DNA of 64,000 nucleotides from Alphaproteobacteria bacterium (GTDB lineage: Bacteria > Pseudomonadota > Alphaproteobacteria > UBA9219): assembly GCA_028866275.1 (NCBI GenBank), contig JAGWIK010000010.1, positions 7,852 to 71,851 of the forward strand, written 5' to 3'. The notes beneath the pieces are model-generated. The model saw nothing but the letters and a program-made list of their open reading frames with translations, was not told the origin of the DNA and ran no database searches. Positions within the stretch are counted from its first letter, which is position 1. The number at the start of each line of letters is the position of its first letter. A program made the translations under genes and the position numbers. Below, piece after piece: positions 46,555 to 56,403 of this stretch.

Positions 46555-47522
46555 TGCCGATTATCCAGCCCCCCGACGATGCCGCGATTGAACGGGCCGC
46601 CGCGCTGCTGCGGGACGGGCGGCTGGTGGCTTTTCCGACCGAAACCGTTTACGGGCTGGGCGCCGATGCCACGAATGGCGAAGCCGTCGCCGCCATTTAT
46701 GCCGCCAAGGGCCGTCCCAGTTTTAATCCGCTGATTATCCATGTCGCCGATATGGCCGCGCTGGACGATTTGGTCGCTTGGAATGACGATGCGCGATTGC
46801 TGGCCACGTCTTTCTGGCCGGGGGCTTTGACGCTTGTTTTGCCGCGCCGCCCCGCCGCGACAATTTCTCTTTTGGCCAGCGCGGGCCTCGATACGCTGGC
46901 GGTGCGCATGCCGTCGCATCCGGTCGCGCAAAAATTATTGCGCGCCGCAGGTGTAACAGTCGCCGCGCCCAGCGCCAACGCATCGGGCAAATTAAGCCCG
47001 ACAACGCCGGCGCATGTCGCGGAATCGCTGGGCGACAAAGTCGATATGATTCTGGCCGGCGGCAAATGCGCAATCGGCGTTGAATCAACCGTGGTGAATA
47101 TGGCAACGGGCGCGCCCGTCATCCTGCGCCCCGGCGGTGTGACGCGCGAACAAATCGAAAAAATTCTGGGACGCAAGCTTGACGTATTCGACGCCGCGGC
47201 CGGCGAAAAAGACGCCCCCGCCGCGCCCGGTATGCTGGCCAGCCATTACGCGCCGCACTTGCCGTTGCGTCTGAACGCCGACAGCGTGGCCGATGACGAA
47301 GCGTTTCTGGCTTTCGGCCCCGACATTTTCGTCAAAGGCGGCGCGGCACGGCTGAATTTAAGCCCGCAGGGCGATCTGTACGAAGCCGCCGCGAATTTGT
47401 TCGCAATGCTGCGCGAACTCGACAAACCCGCCTATGCCGGCATTGCCGTCGCCCCCATCCCTGACACAGGGCTAGGTCTGGCTATCAACGACCGGCTGCA
47501 CCGCGCGGCGGCGGTCAGATAA
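46554..47522 (+). CDS. tsaC: L-threonylcarbamoyladenylate synthase (Sua5/YwlC type, TsaC + Sua5 domains)
   Basis: VAFPTETVYGLGADA, GRPSFNPLIIHV, SANASG. Confidence 0.9.
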   Translation: MPIIQPPDDAAIERAAALLRDGRLVAFPTETVYGLGADATNGEAVAAIYAAKGRPSFNPLIIHVADMAALDDLVAWNDDARLLATSFWPGALTLVLPRRPAATISLLASAGLDTLAVRMPSHPVAQKLLRAAGVTVAAPSANASGKLSPTTPAHVAESLGDKVDMILAGGKCAIGVESTVVNMATGAPVILRPGGVTREQIEKILGRKLDVFDAAAGEKDAPAAPGMLASHYAPHLPLRLNADSVADDEAFLAFGPDIFVKGGAARLNLSPQGDLYEAAANLFAMLRELDKPAYAGIAVAPIPDTGLGLAINDRLHRAAAVR

Positions 47523-47548
47523 AAACCGCGCGAAGCCGTTTGGAGTTC

Positions 47549-48646
47549 TCAGGCTAGAAAAATGCGCGCAAAAATTCCGGCAAAGACTTTTTTGCGTCTT
47601 TCCGCCAGCAGAGATAGGGAAAGCCCAAACGCAAACACCAAAACGGCGGCAGATAGCCCCACAATTACGGAATCGATCGCCGGTGCCAGAATGCCCGACA
47701 CCAACACAAGGATGGGCAGGTGCACAAGATAGAGCGTAAAACTTCCCCCCGCACCCCATCTGATCAGATTCGCGACAGATTCAGGCAGCAGCCTTCCGTC
47801 GGCAAGCAGGCCGTGCATGGCAAGAATATTCAAAAGAACGCCCGCTCCGATCAAGGTGAAATAACAGAGATTGTCGACTTCCTGCGTCAAAGAAAAAGTC
47901 TGGTACATATTGGTTGTGAAGAAACCCATATATTTCTTGGCAAAGCACAGCAGCAGGATGGAAAAAATAAACAGCATTGATGCCAAGAATTTTGAAGAAA
48001 CTTTCCCCTGACGCATGATCTTCTGCCCCAACACGCCCAACAGCCACAACGGAAGATACTGAATGATTTTTGGGCCGCAAATCAGCGCCCAGACAAGTCC
48101 ACCAGCCAGTTTCTTTTTGCCGGGAAGGAATGATATCAGGCCAAAAAATATATAATACGGAACCTCGAATCCTAACGACCAATAGGGTTCATCCGTGCCG
48201 AATATGCTGTGGGTGAACCAGATTTGGTTGAAGAATCCAAGGTAACTGAGCGCGGATACGAAATTTGTTTTCTGATAAAATCCATTATGAAGGCCATCAA
48301 GCGCGGCATAATATGGCGCATAAAACAACGTTCCTATCGAGTCGGCCGCCAGAGTTATAAAAACGGCCAGCACGGCAACGGGATAAATACGCGCCATGCG
48401 GGCGACCGCATATGATTTATAGTCTTTTTCCTTGCAATCGACGACATGGCTGATGACAAAACCGGACAGCACAAAGAACACGGCGACGGCTTCTTTTCCC
48501 TCGTCCCAAAAGCCCAAATCAATTTGCGGGAAAAGAAAATTTCTGGCGTGGCTGAAAAAGACGGCGCACGCCGCCATCAAACGCAGAAAATCCAGATAAA
48601 GCGACAGATTGCCGGGAATGGGTTTCGACGGCGTTGAGCGGCTCAT
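47549..48646 (-). CDS. Acyltransferase family 3 integral membrane protein (O-acyltransferase)
   Basis: About 365 aa, about 10 TM segments, LDFLRLMAACAVFFSHA N-terminal motif. GC lower than neighbours. Start trimmed to 48646. Confidence 0.8.
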   Translation of the reverse strand: MSRSTPSKPIPGNLSLYLDFLRLMAACAVFFSHARNFLFPQIDLGFWDEGKEAVAVFFVLSGFVISHVVDCKEKDYKSYAVARMARIYPVAVLAVFITLAADSIGTLFYAPYYAALDGLHNGFYQKTNFVSALSYLGFFNQIWFTHSIFGTDEPYWSLGFEVPYYIFFGLISFLPGKKKLAGGLVWALICGPKIIQYLPLWLLGVLGQKIMRQGKVSSKFLASMLFIFSILLLCFAKKYMGFFTTNMYQTFSLTQEVDNLCYFTLIGAGVLLNILAMHGLLADGRLLPESVANLIRWGAGGSFTLYLVHLPILVLVSGILAPAIDSVIVGLSAAVLVFAFGLSLSLLAERRKKVFAGIFARIFLA

Positions 48647-48743
48647 TTTTTCCCCGACTGCGAAAACAGGTTCGATGCTATCCTGTGGCACCGCAGGCCG
48701 CAATGAAAGAACGAGTCAAAACGATCATGGAAACCAGTCAACG

Positions 48744-48815
48744 TAGGCGATGACGGTTTCGAACCGCCGACCCTCTCGGTGTAAACGAGATGCTCTACCG
48801 CTGAGCTAATCGCCC
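48744..48815 (-). tRNA. tRNA-Val (UAC), CCA not encoded
   Basis: GGGCGAT-TA-GCTC-AGCGGTA-GAGC-A-TCTCG-TTTACAC-CGAGA-GGGTC-GGCGG-TTCGAAA-CCGTC-ATCGCCT-A. Confidence 0.88.
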
Positions 48816-48854
48816 CTACCCGCCTGAGTTACCAGAAAACGCGGCAAAACCAAA

Positions 48855-49181
48855 TTATTTTTTACCGTGTTTGCCAGCCGGCGCGGCGTTGATTTCGTCC
48901 TTGAACAGCTTTCCGGCACGGAATTTGGGGCTTTTCGACGCTTTGATCTGGATATCTTCGCCGGTACGCGGGTTGCGTCCCTTGGCGGCCTCGCGTTTGG
49001 CGACATAAAAATTGCCAAAGCCGACCAAACGCACTTCGTCCCCGTGCTTCAAGGCTTGCTGCACGGTATCGAGCGCAGCGTCGATAACGGCGCCCACCGC
49101 GCTTTTCGACAACCCGAGTTCGGCAAGAATCTTGTTTTCATGCACCGCGGCAATAAATTCGTTTTTATTCATCGGCTTCAA
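48855..49181 (-). CDS. hup: HU-family nucleoid protein with short Lys-rich C-terminal tail
   Basis: MNKNEFIAAV...GFGNFYVAKREAAKGRNPRTGEDIQIKASKSPKFRAGK; tail ...AAPAGKHGKK. Confidence 0.9.
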   Translation of the reverse strand: MKPMNKNEFIAAVHENKILAELGLSKSAVGAVIDAALDTVQQALKHGDEVRLVGFGNFYVAKREAAKGRNPRTGEDIQIKASKSPKFRAGKLFKDEINAAPAGKHGKK

Positions 49182-49205
49182 CCTTTTTCCTGATGTGAGC
49201 TAGTC

Positions 49206-49958
49206 TTAATTACGCGCATGGGCGATCTGGAAATCCTGAACCCCCGGCGCGCGGGTCAGGCTTTCGCCCAATTTGGCCAAAGACGCGCCCTTGCGCTTGC
49301 CCATCGACACCGCGACGAAACGCCATTCGGATTCGCCGCCGCGCTGGGTGATGGAAAACGACCCCTTGGCGACTTCATATCCTTGCGAATGAATAAGCTT
49401 GCTGAGATCCTTTTCCGATAAATCCGCGTCTTTCTTGAAATGCAAATTAACGGCCACGGCGTGGCGCGACGGCAAAAAGCTTTCGATCTTCGCGCCCCAC
49501 ATCATAAAGAAAGTCGACAGCACGGCCAGCAAAATGGCCGCGCTGTAAAACCCGACTCCGACCAGAACGCCGATAGCCGCAACCGTCCAGATCGACGCCG
49601 CCGTGGTCAATCCGCTGATATTCAAACCGTCGCGCATGATAACGCCCGCGCCCAGAAACCCGACGCCGGTCGTGATGCCCTGAATGATGCGCCCCGGATC
49701 GACGGCATTGATAACGGCCGGCAAATGCCCCGCATACCAATGGTTGGGCGTCGCGGTGATAACGGTCAACGCGCACGACGCCATGCAGACCAACCCATAG
49801 GTGCGCATACCCGCGGCGCGGCCGCGATATGAACGTTCGTACCCGACCATCAGGCCGAGCAGCAGCGCACCGGCGATGTTGAGAAAAATATTGACGTTGA
49901 TGGCGATCTCATCCGCCGTCCAGTAGCCGAGCAGCGCATTGTTTATGGCATCGAACAT
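49206..49958 (-). CDS. mgtC: MgtC/SapB-family membrane protein
   Basis: LLGLMVGYERSYRGRAAGMRTYGLVCMAS, 4-5 TM segments plus a soluble C-terminal domain. Confidence 0.85.
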   Translation of the reverse strand: MFDAINNALLGYWTADEIAINVNIFLNIAGALLLGLMVGYERSYRGRAAGMRTYGLVCMASCALTVITATPNHWYAGHLPAVINAVDPGRIIQGITTGVGFLGAGVIMRDGLNISGLTTAASIWTVAAIGVLVGVGFYSAAILLAVLSTFFMMWGAKIESFLPSRHAVAVNLHFKKDADLSEKDLSKLIHSQGYEVAKGSFSITQRGGESEWRFVAVSMGKRKGASLAKLGESLTRAPGVQDFQIAHARN

Positions 49959-50087
49959 GATTGTTTCTTTTCCGAATCAGATGGTCTTTCAGGATTCGCC
50001 AAACCCGACGGCGACGCAAGATTTTATTGTCTGCCAACACCCTTCATGGCATAGATTTTCGACACCTCCTCCGCTGCGTCCCGCCCC

Positions 50088-51770
50088 ATGACCGTCTGCC
50101 TGCAATATAACCGCCCCCTGTCGGGTAGCCTTGAAGGCGAAATCTACGGTTTCGACGTCGCCGTAACCAATCTGCTGTCGGCATGGTTCCGGCACGGCGC
50201 GACGGAAAAATTCCTGTGCCGCCCCGGCGATCTGGACAGTTTCGACCATTTCAAACAATTGGCCGCGGCGGCGGGGGTCGATGCCGAAACGTGCTGCATC
50301 GGGTTAAACCCGAACTATCCCCAACAGAATCTGAACGGCATATCCTGCCTGTTCCGCCCCGACCCCCTGATCGCCGACCTGATGTGGCGACGGCAGCAAT
50401 TGCCGGGGCGCGGCTTCGCCGCCTGCGGCCTTGTGCATACCATGAGCGGCATGCGCATCACCCAGGCCGTCAGCGATTTATGCCTGGCCCCCAGCGACGA
50501 AACCGACGCGCTGATCTGCCCGTCGCGCGCCATTCGCGATGCCGTACGCCGGCTGTGGGAAATCAACGCCGATTATTTAAACCACCGGTTCGGCGGGACA
50601 TTTACCAGCCCCATTCAAACGCCCGTTATCCCGCTGGGCATCGACAGCGACAAATTCGCCGCGCTGACGGTACCGGAAAAACGCGCGGCGCAACGCGCGG
50701 CTTTGGGCGTCGCCGAAGATGAAATCGTCATCCTGTTTGTCGGGCGGTTGAGTTTCGCCACCAAAGCGCATCCTTTGCCCCTGTTCATCGCGGCCGAACG
50801 CGCCGCACGGCGCACCGGCAAAAAGGTGCGGCTGGTGATGTTCGGCTATTTCAAGCCGCAGGATATGGAACCGCGTTTTCGCGCCCTTGCCGCCGATATA
50901 TGCAAAACCGTGCGCGTCGATTTTGTCATGAACGGCGACGCGCGTTTTCCCGACGGCCTATGGGCGGCCGGCGATATTTTTGCCTCGCTGTCCGACAATG
51001 TGCAGGAAAGTTTTGGCCTGACCCCGATCGAAGCGATGGCCTGCGGATTGCCTGCGGTCGTCACCGACTGGGACGGATATCGCGACGGCGTGCGTAACGG
51101 GGTCGATGGGTTTTTAATTCCGACCCTGACCCCGCCGCCCGCGGCAGGACAGGCGATTGCGGAGATGTATTACAATCAGGACAATTACGGCGTCGCCCTG
51201 ACTGCAACATCGCAAAGCACGGTCGTCGATATCGAATGGTGCGCGCAGGCTTTGCAAGTCCTGATCGAAAACCCCGAAACGCGCCGCGCCTATGCCGCCA
51301 ACGGGCGCGCGCGAGCGCGCGATGTGTTCGACTGGCGGCACATCATTCCGGCCTATGAAAATCTATGGCATGAATTATCCGAAAAACGTCTGGCGACGCT
51401 GCGCCCCACGCTGGTTCCGGAAAACTGGCCTGCCGCGCACCCGGCCTATGTCAACCCGTGGCATATGTTCGCGTCTTTTCCCACCACGCGCCTGAATGCC
51501 GACGACATCATAGGCATATTGATGGACGATAATGACATCGACATGATCCTGTCGCACGACATGAATTATTTCGTGCCGGATATGCTGTTGCCCAAAACGC
51601 AAATCAAGGAACTGGCCGGCGTCATTCGCCGCGCGCAATCGGCGCGTATCGGCGATGTTCTGGCGCCTTTCCCGCTCGATCAGCACGGCATCTTATGGCG
51701 TTGCGTCGGCTGGATGCTGAAACACGGCGTATGCGCCTATCAACGCCCCTCGCAAGGCGCATCCGCATGA
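50088..51770 (+). CDS. Glycosyltransferase family 4 (GT-B, group 1) with about 190-aa C-terminal extension
   Basis: ILFVGRLSFATKAH...ESFGLTPIEAMACGLPAVVTDWDGYRD (E-x7-E region). Confidence 0.85.
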   Translation: MTVCLQYNRPLSGSLEGEIYGFDVAVTNLLSAWFRHGATEKFLCRPGDLDSFDHFKQLAAAAGVDAETCCIGLNPNYPQQNLNGISCLFRPDPLIADLMWRRQQLPGRGFAACGLVHTMSGMRITQAVSDLCLAPSDETDALICPSRAIRDAVRRLWEINADYLNHRFGGTFTSPIQTPVIPLGIDSDKFAALTVPEKRAAQRAALGVAEDEIVILFVGRLSFATKAHPLPLFIAAERAARRTGKKVRLVMFGYFKPQDMEPRFRALAADICKTVRVDFVMNGDARFPDGLWAAGDIFASLSDNVQESFGLTPIEAMACGLPAVVTDWDGYRDGVRNGVDGFLIPTLTPPPAAGQAIAEMYYNQDNYGVALTATSQSTVVDIEWCAQALQVLIENPETRRAYAANGRARARDVFDWRHIIPAYENLWHELSEKRLATLRPTLVPENWPAAHPAYVNPWHMFASFPTTRLNADDIIGILMDDNDIDMILSHDMNYFVPDMLLPKTQIKELAGVIRRAQSARIGDVLAPFPLDQHGILWRCVGWMLKHGVCAYQRPSQGASA

Positions 51771-52087
51771 CGCCCGACCTGCCGCCGCCATTTGGCATCG
51801 CATGGTTTCGTTTCGCGCTGGGCTTTGCCGTCGGCGCGGTGCTGGGCAGTTTCGGCACGATGCTGGCCTATCGCGTGCCGCGGCGGTTATCGATCGTCTG
51901 GCCGGGGTCGCACTGCCCGTCATGCCGGACGCCATTGACAATCGCCGATCTTGTGCCGTTGCTGTCCTTTATCGCGCATCGCGGCAAATGCGCCCATTGC
52001 GGCGCGCGCATCGGCATGCGGTATTTTTATATCGAGCTGGCCTGCGCCGTGGCGGGCGGCATCATCGCCCTTATAGCGCGACCGTAA
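51767..52087 (+). CDS. Orphan prepilin-peptidase N-terminal (Cys4, DiS-P-DiS) domain protein, 106 aa; A24 peptidase domain absent (possible gene remnant)
   Basis: [12 protein letters not shown]...[21 protein letters not shown]...[20 protein letters not shown] matches the N-terminal domain of PilD/CpaA-type peptidases. ATGA overlap with the GT4 stop. The 3' end overlaps convergent scoB by 17 nt. Confidence 0.6.
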   Translation: MTPDLPPPFGIAWFRFALGFAVGAVLGSFGTMLAYRVPRRLSIVWPGSHCPSCRTPLTIADLVPLLSFIAHRGKCAHCGARIGMRYFYIELACAVAGGIIALIARP

Positions 52088-52703
52088 ACGCCGCCTCGGT
52101 CTTGGACTTGATTTCATCGACCGTGACGCCGGGGGCGAGCGCGACGAGATTTAATCCATTGCCACGGAATTCGAATTCGCCCAGATCGGTGATGATCTTG
52201 TTGACCACACCCGACCCCGTCAAAGGCAGATTGCATTGCTTGACCAGCTTGGCTTCGTCCTTGGCAGTGTGTTCCATCAACACGATCACGCGCTTGACGC
52301 CCGCGACCAGATCCATCGCGCCGCCCATGCCCTTGACCATCTTGCCGGGGATCATCCAGTTGGCGATATCGCCTTTTTCCGACACCTGCATCGCGCCCAG
52401 AATGGCAAGATCGACATGGCCGCCGCGGATCATCGCGAAAGACGTCGCGCTGTCGAAATAGCTGGAATACGGCAATTCCGTCACCGTCTGCTTGCCCGCA
52501 TTGATCAAATCGGGGTCGACTTCGTCCTCGGTCGGAAACGGCCCGATGCCCAGCATGCCGTTTTCGCTTTGCAAAACGATGCGCATGCCCTGCGGGATAT
52601 AGTTGGCAACCAGCGTCGGGATGCCGATGCCCAGATTGATATAAAAACCTTCTTTCAATTCCGTGGCGGCGCGGGCCGCCATGTCTTCGCGTGTCCAGGG
52701 CAT
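52071..52703 (-). CDS. scoB: 3-oxoacid CoA-transferase subunit B
   Basis: [24 protein letters not shown] (catalytic Glu). Confidence 0.93.
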   Translation of the reverse strand: MPWTREDMAARAATELKEGFYINLGIGIPTLVANYIPQGMRIVLQSENGMLGIGPFPTEDEVDPDLINAGKQTVTELPYSSYFDSATSFAMIRGGHVDLAILGAMQVSEKGDIANWMIPGKMVKGMGGAMDLVAGVKRVIVLMEHTAKDEAKLVKQCNLPLTGSGVVNKIITDLGEFEFRGNGLNLVALAPGVTVDEIKSKTEAAFTVAL

Positions 52704-52704
52704 A

Positions 52705-53406
52705 TTACGAAGCCTTCCTTAAGGTGCGTTGCTCGATGCGCTTTTCGAAATGATCGCCCTTGAACAGGCGTTGCACGAAAATGCCCGGCGTATGGATATT
52801 GTCGGCATTCAATGAACCGACCGGCAGCAATTCCTCAACCTCGGCCACCGTGACCTTGCCGCACATCGCGGCCAGAGGGTTGAAATTGCGCGCGGTCTTG
52901 CGGAACACCAGATTGCCTTCCTCATCCCCCTGTTGCGCCTTGACGATGGCGAGATCGCACACGATGCCGCGTTCCAGCACGTATTTTTGCCCGTCAAATT
53001 CGCGCACTTCCTTGCCGTCGGCGACAATCGTGCCGACGCCGGTTTTGGTATAAAATCCGGCAATGCCCGCGCCGCCCGCCCGCATGCGTTCGGCCAGCGT
53101 GCCTTGCGGGTTGAACTCGACTTCCAGCTTGCCTGACAAAAACAATTCGGCGAACAGCTTGTTTTCCCCGACATAGGACGAGATCATTTTCCTGATCTGT
53201 CCCTTTTCCATCAATTTGCCCAAACCGAAACCGTCGACGCCCGCGTTATTGCTGACGATCGTCAGGCCGGTAACGCCTGCGACCTTGATCGCCTCGATGC
53301 AATGTTCGGGAATGCCGCACAGGCCGAACCCGCCTGCGGCAATGGTCATGCCGTCTTTCAGCACCCCCGCCAAGGCTTCGGCGGCGTTTTTGTGGACTTT
53401 GCTCAT
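52705..53406 (-). CDS. scoA: 3-oxoacid CoA-transferase subunit A
   Basis: [42 protein letters not shown]-type motifs. Confidence 0.93.
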   Translation of the reverse strand: MSKVHKNAAEALAGVLKDGMTIAAGGFGLCGIPEHCIEAIKVAGVTGLTIVSNNAGVDGFGLGKLMEKGQIRKMISSYVGENKLFAELFLSGKLEVEFNPQGTLAERMRAGGAGIAGFYTKTGVGTIVADGKEVREFDGQKYVLERGIVCDLAIVKAQQGDEEGNLVFRKTARNFNPLAAMCGKVTVAEVEELLPVGSLNADNIHTPGIFVQRLFKGDHFEKRIEQRTLRKAS

Positions 53407-53426
53407 AGCAACCCCGTGTGGAAAAA

Positions 53427-54104
53427 TTAGCTGTGCTGCGAAGCCGGTGCCGGCGCGTTAAGCTCATCTTGCATTTCCTTCAGCAAAGCGTCGATCTTGC
53501 CGCCATTGTTCTGGATGATGGCCGCATATTCCTGACGCTGGGTGACGCTGAGGCTGACGCCTTCGACCATAACATCGATAACGCCCATCTTGCCGTCGCG
53601 GTTGCGCACGCGCCAATCGATCATGGTCGGGGCCGAACCGTCGGGATGGGTGATTTCGCTGTTCACCGTGGTGTCCATTTCCGATTCGGGGCGGGAACCG
53701 ATGACCTTGAACCCTTCGCCGGTGTAAAGCGTCATGCGCGAGCCATAGGTCTTGATAACCAGCGCCTTGAACAGCTTCATGTATTGGTCCTGCTGTTCCG
53801 GCGTCGCGGCATTCCAGCTGCGGCCAATGACAAAGCGGCCGATCGTCTTCAGGTCAAACGAATCGCTCAATATCTGGCTGAATTGATCGTCGCGCTGAGC
53901 CTGCGTCAATTGCTTGTTCGAAATCACGGCAATAGCGCGGTTGCCAAGATTCTGGACAAACTGGGCGGCCGCACCGAGCGCGGCTTGTTGCTGCGTCGCA
54001 TTCGCAACCTGATCGGCAAATGACGGCGCGGGCATGCCGAAGGTAAGAGCCAAAATGGCAGACAGGCCAAAAGCCAGACAGGCCTTGCGCGGCAAACGAA
54101 ACAT
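53427..54104 (-). CDS. mlaC: MlaC/Ttg2D-family periplasmic lipid-binding protein (HpnM-like)
   Basis: Signal peptide MFRLPRKACLAFGLSAILALTFGMPAPSFA, then FDLKTIGRFVIGRSWNAATPEQQDQYMKLFKALVIKTY. Start trimmed to 54104. Confidence 0.8.
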   Translation of the reverse strand: MFRLPRKACLAFGLSAILALTFGMPAPSFADQVANATQQQAALGAAAQFVQNLGNRAIAVISNKQLTQAQRDDQFSQILSDSFDLKTIGRFVIGRSWNAATPEQQDQYMKLFKALVIKTYGSRMTLYTGEGFKVIGSRPESEMDTTVNSEITHPDGSAPTMIDWRVRNRDGKMGVIDVMVEGVSLSVTQRQEYAAIIQNNGGKIDALLKEMQDELNAPAPASQHS

Positions 54105-54410
54105 AATGAAATCTCCTGATGAAGGGCGGAATGGAATCTCAGACGGGAGACTATAACCAAACAAAGCGCGGAAACAAACGATGAAAAACAACCGCCCAAA
54201 ACATCCGGTTTTTGCCTTACTTTTGCCTTCTTTTGAGGCGCAGCAAACCGCATGCGAAACAGAGTGTGGCTTTTTTGAGATATTTGCCTACAGCCGCGTA
54301 AGGCATAAGAAAAACTCATTGACGCCAATAATTTGCCATGCTTGTTTCGTATCACTTATCTCAAGGGCTCGTTCGGGCCAGATACAAACTCCATGGAAAG
54401 GACTCCTACT

Positions 54411-54650
54411 ATGCGTAAACTTCTCGTTGCCGCCGCTTTGGCCGCCGCTTTCGTTGCTGGCCCGGCTATGGCGCAAGACGCGGCTCCCGCGGCTGCTCCT
54501 GCCGAAGCTCCTGCTGCTATGGCGCCTGCTGCTCCTGCTGCGACACCGGCCAAGACCGTCAAGCATCATGTCAAGCATGCTGCCAAGCATCACCACCACT
54601 ACCACAAAAAGGCCGCTGCTCCGGCCGCGACCGCGCCTGCCGCTCAATAA
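54411..54650 (+). CDS. Small secreted Ala/Pro/His/Lys-rich protein, Asr (acid-shock protein)-like composition
   Basis: 79 aa: signal peptide MRKLLVAAALAAAFVAGPAMA, then QDAAPAAAPAEAPAA...KTVKHHVKHAAKHHHHYHKKAAAPAATAPAAQ. GGA-rich RBS upstream and a strong terminator downstream. Confidence 0.6.
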   Translation: MRKLLVAAALAAAFVAGPAMAQDAAPAAAPAEAPAAMAPAAPAATPAKTVKHHVKHAAKHHHHYHKKAAAPAATAPAAQ

Positions 54651-54679
54651 GCCAGGCTACAGTCGTTAAGACAGAGAAA

Positions 54680-54712
54680 CCGCCGCACGGGCAATCCTGC
54701 GGCGGTTTTTTT
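54680..54712 (+). terminator. Rho-independent terminator
   Basis: ACCGCCGCA-cgggcaatcc-TGCGGCGGT followed by T7. Confidence 0.85.
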
Positions 54713-54820
54713 GCGCCTTTTTCCCGATTTTATTCCCGTTCCGGGCCATAAAAGTTGACAAAATATGGAAAACAACCGACAACCACGCCTCACCGATGAC
54801 TTTGAAAGCGAGTTAAACCT

Positions 54821-55387
54821 ATGCAAGTTGACGCCAATACCCTGCGCAAAGGCCATGTTGTTGATTACAACGGAAAATTATGGTCCGTCCTGAAAAGCGA
54901 AATCATGATCCCCGGCAAAGGCGCCGCGGTGGTGCAGGTCGAAATGCGCGACGTGCGCACCGGCGTCAAAACCAATGTGCGTTTCCGCACCCAGGAAACC
55001 GTGGAACGCGTGCAATTGCACGAACATGAAATGCAATTCCTGTTTTCGTCGGGCGACGACTATACTTTTATGGATCAGGAAAATTTTGAACAGCTGGTGA
55101 TCCCCAAAGACATCATCGGCGACCCCGTAGTCTTTTTGGCCGAATCGATGATCTGCAAGGTCATGACCTATGAAGGCGCCGCTTTGTCGGTCGAATTGCC
55201 GCCAACCGTCGTTTTGGAACTGACCGAAGCCGATCCTGTCGTCAAAGGCCAGACGGCGTCGTCATCCTACAAACCCGCCAAACTGTCGAACGGCGTGCGC
55301 ATTCTGGTGCCGCCTTTCGTCGAAGCCGGCACGCGCGTTGTCGTCAACACGACCGATGGATCGTATGTCGAACGGGCGCGTGACTAA
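54821..55387 (+). CDS. efp: Elongation factor P
   Basis: 188 aa, LRKGHVVDYNGKLWSVLKSEIMIPGKGAAVVQVEMRDVRTG. Confidence 0.95.
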   Translation: MQVDANTLRKGHVVDYNGKLWSVLKSEIMIPGKGAAVVQVEMRDVRTGVKTNVRFRTQETVERVQLHEHEMQFLFSSGDDYTFMDQENFEQLVIPKDIIGDPVVFLAESMICKVMTYEGAALSVELPPTVVLELTEADPVVKGQTASSSYKPAKLSNGVRILVPPFVEAGTRVVVNTTDGSYVERARD

Positions 55388-55388
55388 G

Positions 55389-56183
55389 ATGAATGTGCGT
55401 TCGGCGTTGATGAATGTGATGTTCAAGGCTGCCGACAAGGCGGCCAAGAGTCTGGTGCGCGATTTCGGCGAAGTCGAAAATCTGCAGGTATCGCGCAAAG
55501 GCCCCGGCGACTTTGTCAGCAACGCCGATATGAACGCGCAAAAAATTATCCGGGAAGAACTGTCGAAAGCGCGTCCCGAATTCGGCTTTCTGATGGAAGA
55601 ACAGGATAACGAAGCCGACACGTCGGGCAAGGCGGAACGCTGGATTGTCGACCCGCTCGACGGCACAACCAATTTTCTCCACGGCGTCGGTCACTGGGCG
55701 ATCTCCATCGCCGCCGAACGCAACGGCGAAGTCATCGCCGGCCTCGTCTATGACCCGATCAAGAACGAAAGCTTCTGGGCGGAAAAAGGCACAGGCGCCT
55801 ATACCCAGCGCAAGCGGTTGCGCGTATCGGGCCGCCGCGATCTGGCCGAATGCCTGATCGGCACCGGCGCGCCCTTCAAGGGCGTGATGCATGAACGGCC
55901 GCATTTTGTGCGCGAACTGTCCGCCGTCATGCCGCAGGTTGCCGGCATTCGCCGCATGGGCGCGGCCGCGCTTGACCTCGCCTATGTCGCCGCGGGGCGT
56001 TTCGACGGTTTTTGGGAAACCGGCTTAAAGCCGTGGGATTGCGCCGCGGGCCTTTTGCTGGTCAAGGAAGCGGGCGGTTTCGTCGCCCCCATCACGCCCA
56101 AGCAAGACCCGATGCAAAGCGGGTCGCTGATCGTCAGCAATATCGAAATTCACGAAGAACTGACCAAGCTTATTCGCGGATAA
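55389..56183 (+). CDS. suhB: Inositol monophosphatase family protein (SuhB)
   Basis: WIVDPLDGTTNFLHG, WDCAAG. Start trimmed to ATG at 55389, 1 nt after the efp stop. Confidence 0.9.
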   Translation: MNVRSALMNVMFKAADKAAKSLVRDFGEVENLQVSRKGPGDFVSNADMNAQKIIREELSKARPEFGFLMEEQDNEADTSGKAERWIVDPLDGTTNFLHGVGHWAISIAAERNGEVIAGLVYDPIKNESFWAEKGTGAYTQRKRLRVSGRRDLAECLIGTGAPFKGVMHERPHFVRELSAVMPQVAGIRRMGAAALDLAYVAAGRFDGFWETGLKPWDCAAGLLLVKEAGGFVAPITPKQDPMQSGSLIVSNIEIHEELTKLIRG

Positions 56184-56257
56184 CCGGGCAGATAACCGGA
56201 TAGTCGGGCCGTCAAACCCTCGGCGGCGAACGGCGGGTTGTTTTCCATTTGGAAAAA

Positions 56258-56332
56258 TGGTGCCGTTGGAGGGAATTGAACCCCCGACCTTGGCTTTACG
56301 AAAGCCCTGCTCTACCCCTGAGCTACAACGGC
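56258..56332 (-). tRNA. tRNA-Thr (CGU)
   Basis: GCCGTTG-TA-GCTC-AGGGGTA-GAGC-A-GGGCT-TTCGTAA-AGCCA-AGGTC-GGGGG-TTCAATT-CCCTC-CAACGGC-A-CCA. Confidence 0.9.
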
Positions 56333-56403
56333 ATATAATGCGCACGCCCCGTTATTCCGGCGCGGCACAGTCTCTTAGAGGCTTGGCCGTCCGGCGTCAA
56401 TGA

